A stretch of 64,000 nucleotides of DNA from Vicugna vicugna (taxonomy: Eukaryota), in NCBI GenBank assembly GCA_013265495.1, contig MU057822.1, positions 417,097 through 481,096 on the forward strand, written 5' to 3'. The position numbers were made by a program, and so were the translations under genes. Below the pieces are notes generated by a model that saw only the letters and a list, made by a program, of their open reading frames with translations, had not been told where the DNA came from and ran no database searches. Below are positions 36,501 through 48,500 of this stretch, piece after piece (the first letter of the stretch is position 1; each line of letters begins with the position of its first letter).

Positions 36501-39500
36501 GCTGACATAGAACGCAGTTTCCGGTGCATGGCTGGATGCAGCATGATGGAAACCTTTCTTTCTTGACTCATTTTTCTGTGTAGCTGGATGTTGAGACTTG
36601 GCAACAGGAACGCCCTGTGGTGTTGCACACGTGGACTAAGGAGTCTGCCCACAACTATGAAAATAACTGCCACGAGGTGTCTGTCTTTGTTAGCCCAGGG
36701 GCAACCTATTTTGAGGTGGAATTTGATGAGAGATGTGAAACTGAAAAAAGGTATGACTCCCCTGTTCTTTTTTCCCCTGAGCAACAATGGATCAGAAATA
36801 AGAGAAAGGAAGTGACAGAGGTTATGCTTTCACAGGTATGATTATCTGGAGTTTACTGATGCCAGAGGCGGGAAAACACGCTATGACACAAAAGTTGGCA
36901 CTGATAAATGGCCCAAGGTGAGTGGTTTTCCCAGAGAGTGATGTATCCATTCTCTGCTTGTCAGCCGCTGAGGGGTAATAGGTGATCTTTGTGGGTAAGC
37001 ATTCAGTTACACTTTTGTGAAAGGAGGAATTTCTGTCAGAGTTCAGCACCTGTTTTGTACATAAAGTGTTCTGGGCACAGATGTGCCTGTTTATGTTCTG
37101 TCCGTAGCCGCGCTGGCACCACAGCAGCGGGGCTGTCATCGCAGCAGAGACCATGTGGCCCAGAAAGCCTGACAGTTTACTGTCTGGTTCTTCAGAGGAA
37201 CAGTTGGCCACCCCTGGGTTATATCACACTGTCCAGAGTAAATGGGGAGTTTAATCCTTAGCAAGAAAGGGCCGATGGGTCCAGGAGGGCCCAACCGTGG
37301 TGAGGAAAGCCAGGCGTCCCCCTCACGGTTAGGGACTCTGGGCTCTGGGGCGGGAGGCTGAGCGTGGCTTCACTGTTGACCTCCTCTGCTGTCAGCGGTC
37401 TTGGCTGGGAGCAAAGGATTGAGCAACGCGCTCTCTGGAGGAGTAGGTAGTGGGCAGATGGGCACCTGAGGTTTACAGAGCTGACCTGCAGTTTTCAACT
37501 TTGCTGCTTCATAAGGTGCAGTCATGAATTTTCTGTTTCAGTCACTCCATTGTACATGTTTCCTTTAGTAGTTTTGCTGGGGGCAGTAAGATATAATTAT
37601 GAAAATAAAGACCAATTTTTTTCTTTTATTTTTTGAGCGGAGGGGGGCAAGGTAATTAGGTTTGTTTGTTTATTTATTAGTGGAAGTACTAGGGATTGAA
37701 CCCAGGACCTCATGCATGCTAAGCACTGAGCTATACCCTCCCCACTAAGACCAATTTTTTGAGTCACGGAGACCATGCTTATTGCTGAAATGCTGCCTTC
37801 TCCAATCAGTTTGACCACATGACTTCTTTGTTTGTCTTTAGAAAGTGACCTTTAAGGCTGGTCCCCGGCTGCAGTTTCTCTTCCACTCTGACAGCAGTAA
37901 CAATGAGTGGGGCTACAAATTCACTGTCACTGCCTACGGACTGCCTGATGTCGCCGTGTCTTGGGGGTTGGATTTACAACTGCTTGTTTCCCGGCTGATG
38001 GGACGCCTCGCTTCTCAGTGCCTGGCACTCAAGTCCATGCATCGTAAGTCCACATACTGTCCCTTCTCTTCTGCTACAGCCACGTGGACAAGCACGGTGG
38101 TACCCTCTCTCGTGTAAGTTGTCTCCACGTAATGGCAGAGCAGAGGTATTGATAAAATTACTCCTTGATACCTTTTTCATAAAATTTCTTGACTCAGACA
38201 TTAAGACACATCGCAAAGGATGCTGTGGAGTCCCTGTCTATGGAGAACAGAGCGGGTAGGGAGCTAGCTGGGTGCTGGCCGCATTGCCATCATTCTTTTG
38301 TGAGTGAATTTTGGTTTACTCCAATAAGAAGGCAGAAATACAGAATAAATGAATTTTATATTCTTTAATTATGTGACTGTGCATAAATATGTGAACATGA
38401 ATTTTGCCTTAAAGTGATTTCTTCAACTTAGTCATTAAATTCATCCAGGAAACAAGAAATAGAATGACTTTCTCATGTATCTTATTTCTATATCATTTCT
38501 TGAATTTTTCTCACTTTAACAGTAAAATATCATAAATTGCATAATGGAAAAAGCCAAGGAGAAAAGCCATTCTTACTCCTAATACCCAGAGATAACTACT
38601 ATTAACATTTTCATCTATTTCCACCTAGTCTGTTTTCTTTGTCTATTCATAAAAACATACATGGTGGGTATTTTATTATTATTATTATTATCATCATCAT
38701 TATTTTTTACGAACAAGTTTACACCCTATGAACATGTCCCCATAATTAAACATTTCTAAATGGTCTCCTGTTACACGCTAGAGGTGGTTCACATTCTGTT
38801 CTCAGCTTACTACCCAGGTTAGTCTTTTCAGAGGGACCTGTAACAGAAGCTGTCATACAGAATGGCAGCATTTCAGGACTGCCTGATGGCTTGGGTTCAT
38901 CAGGGTATGTGCTTGTGAAGCATCACAGTTACGTTCTGCAAAATGTGGGAGAATTCCCTATCAGTCTTAATGCCCAAGTTTTTTTTTAAACCTCTTCATC
39001 AATTCAAAGATTCTCAGTACATTAAGGGAGAAACAGCTCTCATAAGCCTTCTTCTTCTCTTTCCAGAATTAGGAAGTAACTTGGCAGTACCTCAGGCAAA
39101 AATGGCATTAGTCCTAAACTCCCCCTTGTGGAAACCTGTCTTCAGGCACCAAATGTGTCCAGAGTTGGGATTAGAAGCAAGCTGGCCCACTCACCCACAC
39201 CAGGATGATAAGGAGGTATTTACTCTTCTCTTGTCTTTGTATTTGGAATGGAAATGTTTACTAATATCTGTAACTTTAAATTATAAACACTTGTGTTTAT
39301 ATCTTATCCCCACAAAGCTGTCAGCTCCTCAAGGGCAGAAACTGTCCCTTGTTCACTTGGGGTCCCCACTGCGCACCACAAGGGTCAGCGTAATGGTGTT
39401 CAAAAGTACTGAATGACTGGCTCCTCAGTGAAATATAGTAGGTGCTCAGTAAATCTCTCTTGATGGAGTTATTAAACAAGCAGGTTGAGTCTGTTTCCAG

Positions 39501-42500
39501 TGCCCGCTGAATCAAACTTTAAATGATTTACAGTGTACCTGTTGTTCTCCATGGGACAGTAGCACATTATTTAAGCTTAAAATAATTAAAACTAAACAAG
39601 TTTGCCCGCTGTCTCTTTCTCATCTCTCTGTCCCCCTCTCTCCATTCTACTACTTTTCCTGCCTTCTTCCCTTCTCCCCAGCCCCCACTTATTCGGTAGT
39701 TCATTGCTGAGTCCAGGGGCTCTTCCTCAGCTTCTCTTCTCCCTGCCTCTCTGCTCCTCCAGGCCCTCTCTTCTTTTATTCCATGGCAGTCCACTGTCTT
39801 CTCTTACCTCTGACCACTCCATCTGCCTTCTTTATTACCGCTCTTCCTCCTCTGAAGATAGGCTTCCTGCAGGCTTTCTCCCCTTCCCTGCCACCCATGG
39901 AGACGTCATCCTGTCTCCTCTCTTCTGCTGTCACATCGGTGTGGATAATTCCTAAGTATCAGTTTCCAGCCCTGGTTCTTCTCCCAGGCTCCAGTCAGGT
40001 GTCCCCACCTTCTGTTAGGTATTTCCATGTCAGTGTTCTGACTCCCTTTAACTCAGAAATGTGAGACCGGGACGTCCCCCCGACTGCTCACTCCTACTGT
40101 TGTGATTGTTTTCCCAGGCATTGAGCCACTGCTCCCTGGCATCACCTTTATCCACACCTTTCCTGTCTGTTCAGCTGCAAGCCCTGTGGATTCTTCCTTG
40201 AGATGTTCATCTCTTTCATGTCCTCTGTCTCCATCTTTATCTAGGCCCTCATCTTGCACTCACATTGTTACATTGGTACCTACCACGTTTTTTTTAATCA
40301 CTGCATTATCTTGTCATTCCACTGCCAAGCACCATTAATGGCTCCCTGTTGCCCACAGGGTGAAGTCTAAACTCCTCAGTGTGACAGTCAAGGCTCTCTG
40401 CAGTCTCCTTTCACCTTACCTATCTGACTCTAGTTCCCACCACTCCCCAGCTGAGACTTCAGGCCAGGTCAGTCTCCCCACTGACTCTTAACTTCTGCTA
40501 ATGGTTGCGTTCCTCAGGGCCAAACCTTCCCAGTCTTCAGGGTCCAGTCCTAAGCCCATCCCCTCCAGGAGGCTTTTCTTAATTACTTTAACCTGCCAGG
40601 AGCTCTCTCCTATGAATTCTCAGCACTGGGTGCCCCTTCTAGGCGTTTGGCACTTGATAGTCTTTTGCTTTATTGTAGTGGTAGTTTTTTTAATGCTTTT
40701 AATGTTTTATTTATGTTTACCTTTTTTTAACCCATGTATCTGTCTGATCTCCCCAGAATAGATTTAAACTTCCTGAGAGTATGCACCATGTTTTATACTT
40801 CTGCTTTGGCCTAGTAGATGTTCAATAAACTTCATTTTTTTAATGAATGTGTTAAACATGATGTTTTTTGTTGTTATTGTTCCCAGGTTAAGAACATCCC
40901 TGATGATCCCTGCCACCAATTTCTTCTTGATTTTGCACAGTCAGATCCTGCCCAGAACTTCTGTGGGCCATATTCAGAACTTTTCAAAGGATTCATACAG
41001 GCATGTAGAAAACAGGCCCCAAAGACAGATATAGTTGCTGGTTCCACTATTGATCAAGCTGTGAACGCCACCTTTGCTGCTCTGGTGTATCGCACTCCAG
41101 ACTTATATGAGAAGCTGCAAAAATATGGTAACTTATATTACAGGGAATATTTTTGATCTGAAGGCCAGTTGCTAAGTTTTAAGAAAGCCTATCTTAAGTG
41201 AAAATTTTTAAATATTTTGGAACATAAACATATTTCTACAACTGTAGACTTCATCTTGTCAATCCTACTTTGCCAGTCAAAAGATTCGTAACCAATTTAT
41301 AGTTGGCAGAATGTGATATATAACAAGTAACCTTGGGTTTCCTAATTAGCAGATAATTTGTCTTTATCCAGAAGTCTCATGGGAAACTGCCAAGAAGTGT
41401 AATGGAAGGAAACCTTAACGTGGGTTGTGGTCCCAGCTCACAGACTAGAAGCTGAGCAGCTTTAGGTTAATCAGATAACATTTCTGCACCTTAGTATCCC
41501 TATCTGTAAAGTTTAGAGTTGATTAGCTCTAACATTCTAAGAAACCCTAATTAAAACCTGAGATGTTTAGGTAATTGAATGTGCTAATAACCAAGGAGAA
41601 AAATACAGGTATTAACTCTTATCTTTAGACTTGCAACTTCTTTGTAGCATCATCCCTACTTGGCTTCCTCTGTTAATAGCCTGCTCCTTGCCGTTTCTTT
41701 TCCTCATGTTCCCCGAGGATACCATCTATGTGTATTTACTGTAAACGTAGCCTGCAGCCTAACAGGACCCGCAAAAGGAGGGCCTCTCCCCACTCGTAAT
41801 CTTTCAGGGGAAAAACATTTCAAACCCAAAGTGAAGATGAGCTATGGGCTGTCCCAGGCACTTTGGCAGGACATGTGTTCTTCCCATGGTGCGGATGAAA
41901 GAAGCCGGAACAAACGCTCCTTCCTCTAGAGCAGGTCCTCGACTACTGCTCTTACTATTGTTGCTGTTAATATCATTGCGACCTTTATTGCTGAGTCCTT
42001 TGTATCTCATGTTGCAGAGTTTATTTCCTGATTTCTAAAACATCTCAATTACTCCCTCAAATCTTATATTTCCTTTAAGAAGCTGCTCAAATAAATCAAA
42101 CTACACTGAAGCATGAGTGATTTAAGGAAACAGCTGTCACATGGAAGAGTTTATCTCTGCTGGGGGATGAGGGGCGAGCTGATCTGTATGGTTTCAAGCA
42201 AAAAATTCAGTATATATTTGCGTATTGTTGTAAGAAAACTGGACAGTCTTTGTTACCTGTGGGAAATTTTAGTGGAGGGATAAAAGCCTTGTGAGTTAAA
42301 AGCTGAGAAACTGAAGATTTCTGGCTGAGGGAGGGTTTCCCTACTCTTTTCATATCATGTTCAGATATCACATACCTATTTGCAGTTGAGAAACACACAG
42401 TCATATGTGGGAACTGGAAATATTGCACTGAATACAAGTGGTTTCTATAGTACCTACCGCTGTTGCTTTGAAGGAGACACAATTCTTTCTGTCCCTGCCT

Positions 42501-45500
42501 CTAAGGGGCTACTCATGGGTTCTTCAAGACTTAGCTACTTTGAAAGTGGTCCTTGTCTAGATAATTTGCTCTTTGTCTGAAAATTTGTCACCCTTTTGGG
42601 TTAGAAATGTAGGGGAGGAGTTTTTCAAGTAGACTATAAGCTGCTTGAGGTCAGGGACCATGTTTGGGTTTTCTCAACATTGTATTTCCCAGTGCCTGGC
42701 TTGGAGTCTGACACATTCTAGGTGGTCAGAAAATTCATTGTGTTTACATTGGCTCAACAGAGAGGGTCACCCTGCTCTGTTATATTATCCTTCGGTTTTT
42801 AGATGAAGAGAAGGGGCAGACCTCATAGTTCTTTCTTTAAAAGCAAAATGAAATAAAACTTTTTTGTTATTTTTCTAATTATAAAAATAATTTATGTAGA
42901 AACTTAGTACAGAAATGCTTAAATTAATTATCAACTATGATCTCACCACTTCAAGAAGACCACTTCAAGAACACCTCTGGTAACATTTTTCTGTGTATCT
43001 ACCTAGCCTTTTATTTAGGCATATTTATATGTTTATATATTTAAATATACACACTATGTTTTTACTATATATACTCTTTTAAAATAAGATAATTTTGTAT
43101 ATACTTTTTCATAACCAGCCTTTTTAGCTTAATATATACTGTGAACTTTCGTCCATGTTAATTATTTTTCACTCACTTTTAATAATTTTTATTTTAACTT
43201 TTAATATTTTTTATGTTTTACTCACTTTAATAGTATATCCATTTCAGATGTTGTTCATTTGAAAAGAGTTAGTTTGAAGTAGCACAGAGAACCCATTACA
43301 GGTATTTGTGGTTTAATTGGTAGTTTTTTTCCCCATTCCTCTCTTCCCACCCCTAGTGTGTGAGTGTCAGGGGAAAACTTTCTATGGGGAGAATTAGAAG
43401 TTTCTTTGTGCCTGATGTTGCAGTGGTGAATTGTGTTAACTGAATGTAACCTCTCCTTTCCCCAGTAAACAGTGGGGGCAAGACAGCCCTGGGTGAGGAG
43501 TTTGCACAGGTGTATTCCTTGGCAGATGGGATTCGAATATGGATGGTAAGATTTTCCTTTGCATGCAATATTTATGTATTTTGAGTTTTCCTACCATGAT
43601 ATCATGGAATTAAGGCAAGTAGCTCTCAATATAACTTTAGAAATTTTTTAAAAGACTAAAACACAGTGATATGAATGTGTAAAAAATAATTTAGAACCCT
43701 TCAAATCATAATGTGGTGAGAGTTGAGAAAGTTAAGAGTAAACAGGCTTCACTTGAGCCCTCCTTACGTCCTTTGGTAACCTAGAGGCTGCTCTGTGGAA
43801 CATAACCTCTTAGACTAGGAGGAAAAGCGTTGCTTTATATACCAGGCAACCAGTGACAGGTTTAGGCAGAGGAGACTAGACTAGACCAAAGTGAACAGGA
43901 TCTCTCAAAACAAACTAAAAGGTATCCTCATCAGCGTGGTGAGAGGAGAATCAGAAGCGTCTGTTGACAGAGAAACCAAGGTAGTAGTAGCAGTTTAAGA
44001 AAAAAAGTGTCTGATAACATCAGCTACCACAGATGGTTCAAGTAAAAAGGATATGGCAATTGGCAAGGAACACTGTAGATTCTGCTTCTGGTTTAGTATA
44101 GGACAGATAGACCGCTAACAATAGGACAAGATGCCAGCCTTCTCTCCAAGACCTTGGTCCCCCGTACATCACACATGGTCTCCTGGCCGGGCTGTCAGCA
44201 CCGTGGCCCACACAGTGGCCACTGCCGGTGCTGATACAGGAGCACCTTCTCCACCTGGCATTCTCAGCATCACTCAGAGGTGTCCCCTCCTTCAGCAGTA
44301 GAATAGAGGTCACGTTTTAGTCCAACCTCTGTTGCAAACCGGGTGTGTAACCCTAGCAAGACCCTTCACTTCTCTAAGACCTCACTTCTTTATCTGTACC
44401 AGGTCAGCTTTAGATAAGGGTCCCTCCAGCTCCAGGATTCTGGAATTCTTTAAAGAATAGGGTCATGATTAAAAATCCCTCCCAAATAACAAATAGTTGA
44501 AAAGAAGGTAGTTTTGCAGACACCTTTAGGCATCTTCAAAGCCTGGATTATTTCTGGAACTAACGGAAACCGCTCAGTCCTGTGTCCTCAGCACAAGACC
44601 GTAAAGTTCTCCATGGTCTCAACCCTGTGCTTTTGAAGTAGTTTGCTCTGGCTGCCCCTCGCTGCCCTGTCTGGATACCATAATTATGTGGCTCAAATCC
44701 TCCCGCAGTTAGAGATGAAGCAGAAGTCCCTGGTGAGCCTGGGGAACGAGGCAGAAGAACAGCGCGGGTCAGAAGTGGCTGAGGCGAACCCCGAGAGTCT
44801 GGGTGAGTGCCGGCTCCAGCTGTCATCACTAGGCCTTCTGTTTTCAGTTCGTAGAAAACCACTGACCCATCTTCTGGATTGGTTTGTTGAAGCTATGTTG
44901 ACCTAGGGGAAGTAACACAGGCACTAAATGTGTTTTTCAAGGACATGTCACAAATAGAAAAGTGCCAGAGAGGAATAATTGTTTATTAGCATGATCCAAA
45001 TGGAGCCTCTTTCTAGTTACTTCTCTTAGGAGGCATTTTTGAAGTGTGCTCACACTAAATATTCAGTGAAGTGAAGGAATTACTGTTAATTTTTTTAACT
45101 GATACCACGGTTATGTTATTATTTTAAACTTTTTTTTTTAGTGAAATATATTGAAAATTTTGCAGATGAAATAATGTGATGCCTGGGATCTGCATGGAAA
45201 TAATCCAGGGAGTGTGGGGTGGGTGGGTGAAAAAAGACTGGCCTTGGGTTAATAATTATTGACTGGGTGAGAGGTACATGGAGAGGTCCTTATACTGTTC
45301 TCTCTCTATATGTTTGAAATTGCCCACAATAAAGCTTGTTTGCAGTGTGCTGATAGTCCTGGGGAGGTCATGATATGTATAATGAGAAAATTCGATTTTC
45401 CATTCTGTCAGGGATGTGTATACCACTGAGTTAATGGCGGTTATTTCTTGATCTAAATTGTAGAGTTTAAATTATTTTCTCTTTAAAAGTAGGCAAGTTT

Positions 45501-48500
45501 AATTTTGACTTTTTCATTATCTTTCTTGCTTTTTGCATTTAGCAAAAGAGTGTATTCAGAAGAGTATTCTCTTACTAAAATTTTTGCCCATGGGTGTGAG
45601 TTCAAAAGAAAGCTGTGACCAGTCAGTGACTGCGGGTGAAGTAGACCGTCCGCAGCCACGGGACAGGCGCCAGAGGACCAGCTCTGCGGCGGAAGAGCAC
45701 TTCCCAGCTCTCGCATGTCCCAGCGGAGCAGCGGCCCCCGCCGCCGGGGACAGGAGTCCTGGCCTGGACGGCCAGCCCACGCTGCTACCCAGCGGTGGCC
45801 CTCCTGCTGCAGAAGCATCCTCTGCTGCAGCCGAGGAGCCCTCGTCACCTTCCACTCCCAGCCGGCGGCCCCCCTTCACCCGAGGGCGACTGCGGCTGCT
45901 CTCCTTCCGCTCCATGGAGGAGGCCCGACCGGTGCCCACGGTCAAAGAGAGGTACCCTGTGCTGAAGGACGTGCTGGACTTCATTAAAGACCAGTCACTC
46001 TCCCATGACAGGTGAGCGCCTCTCTTCTCATGGGGCAGGTACCCAGTCTCGTCAAAGACTTGAAGTTCATGTTAGAAATGAGCAAATAATACCTGAAAGA
46101 TAAGATTCGTCTTAGAGTGTTCAGGAAAATTTTTTTGATTTTCTTTTCTTTTAAAGAAGTATTTTTTCATTTGAGATTTGTACATTATACTGTCTGTAAA
46201 TTATAGCCCGATAATGTACTACTTGGATTAAAAAAAAAAAGCAACGTTTCTTTGGCTAGCTGTCAAAATAAATGTCTCTTACTTTAATCCTGGGAGAAAT
46301 TTAGAAATTGATATTTTCTGACAAAATTCTTTGTCAGTGGGCCTACCTCTGGAAGTATTGCAGGTTTCGATTTCCTGTCCTACGAATTAAAGCTCTGTCT
46401 CTGTGGCTTGCCACAGAGACAGAGTTCCTTTTTAATTTGTTGATTGTTTAACGTGAGTGGTTGGCTTTCTGGACGTGCACTGTTGTGTAGTGCTGCTGAG
46501 TAATGACAAAAGTAGTGCACAGGTGTTGATATCCTTCCTGAATGACACCTCACAATAGTATTTGCTTTTTATTAATTTGGCATCAGAACTTGGGTGGGGG
46601 CTCTGTTTTCTTTCTGCCCCAGCTCGAGAGTTTTCTGCGTATTCCTGACTTGAGTTATGTCTCCAGTGTTGTCAAGGTTCTTTCCTTGAGGAAGGCCCAA
46701 GCCCGCAGCATCCTTGAGGTCCTGAGGATCATTCAGGGTTGTACGGAGTCCCTTGGGCAGCCTCACTGCTTCCACCCTCCTTACATACTTTTTCTGTTGG
46801 AACTTCTGACCTGCCAGAAAGAGTTTACCAAGTAAGTCCGAAGTAGAAGTCTGCCGGGAAAGCTAGCAGGAGTCGTTTTTTAAAAAATCCTAATTGTCTT
46901 CTCTAATTAAGAACTCTATCCATGTAGGATACAAATTTACATTTTTGGAAAGTTCATTCTCTCATTCTAAGGAAAAATGGGTTCTATCCTTTTAGTAAGT
47001 AAATGCTAGAACATATTTATTCCTCTTGATGAGTTTATCATTTTAATTTTACCAGACAGTGAGGATTGTGTTCCCCATGTACCCATACTCATCATTTGGC
47101 TCCTGGAAGCTGTGAGCTAAATTTAATGCTCATTTACAATAATATCATAGATCTAAGTAACCCACAAGGTTGTTTCAAAAGCCACTCAAGTATTTTCTGA
47201 ATGACTGTGCCCGGCACTGTTCTAGATATTGTGTGTGTGTGTGTAATGTTACTATATGGTGATTTCATACAGAGTGACCTAATTTGTGTGATTGGGGAAG
47301 GCAGGCTGAGGAGATGACATGTAACCAAGAGATGAATGGCCAGCTGAGGTCAGGGGGAAGAGCACTAAAGGCAGAAGGAACAGCACAAAGATCATAGGGC
47401 GGGGGATTAGCCCAAGGAGCAGAGGAAAGCCAGGGTGCCTGAGAGAGGTAGGAGATGGGGTAAAAAAAAAAAGAGGGCCCATATCATATAAAGCTTTGTA
47501 GGATGTGATTTAAGGTGCTGAATTTTACACAGAGTTGTAGATGGGAAGCCCTTGGAGAATTTTAAGCTCAGGAGGAACACACTGCGATTTGTATTCATAA
47601 AAGATACTCCTGGCCAATCTGTGAAAAATAGTGTAAGGAAGAAGAGCAGTTAGTCCAGGCAGAAGATGTTGGTGGTTTGGACCAGGAAATAGTACTGGAG
47701 ATGGAGAGAAAAGGATGAGGTTTAGGATGCATTTTGGAGGTAGAACTGTCAGGACTTACTGGTGGATTAGATGTAGAGGGTGAATGAAAGGAATCATGGG
47801 GAAAGAAACACCTAGGGTTTCAGCTTGAACAGCTGAACGGATGATGATACATTTTACTAACGGGGAAGAGGGTGGAAGAAACAGACTGGGGTGATAATGA
47901 AAAGTTTTGTTTTGGCCATGTTAAGTTTGAACTGCTTCTTACATACCCAAGTGAGAATATCAAAAAAATAGAGATAAGAGTCTAAAATTCTCAAAAAAAA
48001 AACCCAGGGCTAGGGATAGAATTTGGATGTTGTCAGCAGATAGATGGTATGTAAAGCCAAGAGACCAGATGAGACCCTTCGAGAAAAGAGTACAGACAGA
48101 CAATTGGGGCTCAGGACTGAGCCATAGGGACACTTCTTTATTTAGCTAAAGTCAAGCAGAGGAAGAGGAATCAGCTAAGGAGATCCCGGAGTGGCCATTA
48201 AGAACATAAACCAGGGGATGGTGGTGCCTTTGAAGCCAAGAGAAGAATTTATCTCAAAAGACAGCAGTGGTCAGTTGTGTTAGATGTAGACGTGAGAGGT
48301 TGAGGAGATAAGAGCACACTGGATTTGACAGTGGTCTTACTGGGACCAAAAGCCCAGCTGGACTGGGTTGAGAGTAGAAGAGGGGTGAAAAAAGGGAGAG
48401 GGAGACGAGACACTTATTTCAAGAAATTTGGCCTTAAAGGGAAGCAGAGGCATAGGGTAGTAATTGGAGGGGCTGTAGGATCAGCTGAGGATTTTGAAGA

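Noticed and set aside
42945..42972. 14-bp tandem duplication ACCACTTCAAGAA(G/C) x2
   Set aside because: Two copies only in an AT-rich old repeat, consistent with ordinary slippage rather than an array.
45483..45987. Three additional overlapping ORFs over exon 29
   Set aside because: These are expected from stop-codon scarcity in a very GC-rich exon, and the products have no recognisable features.
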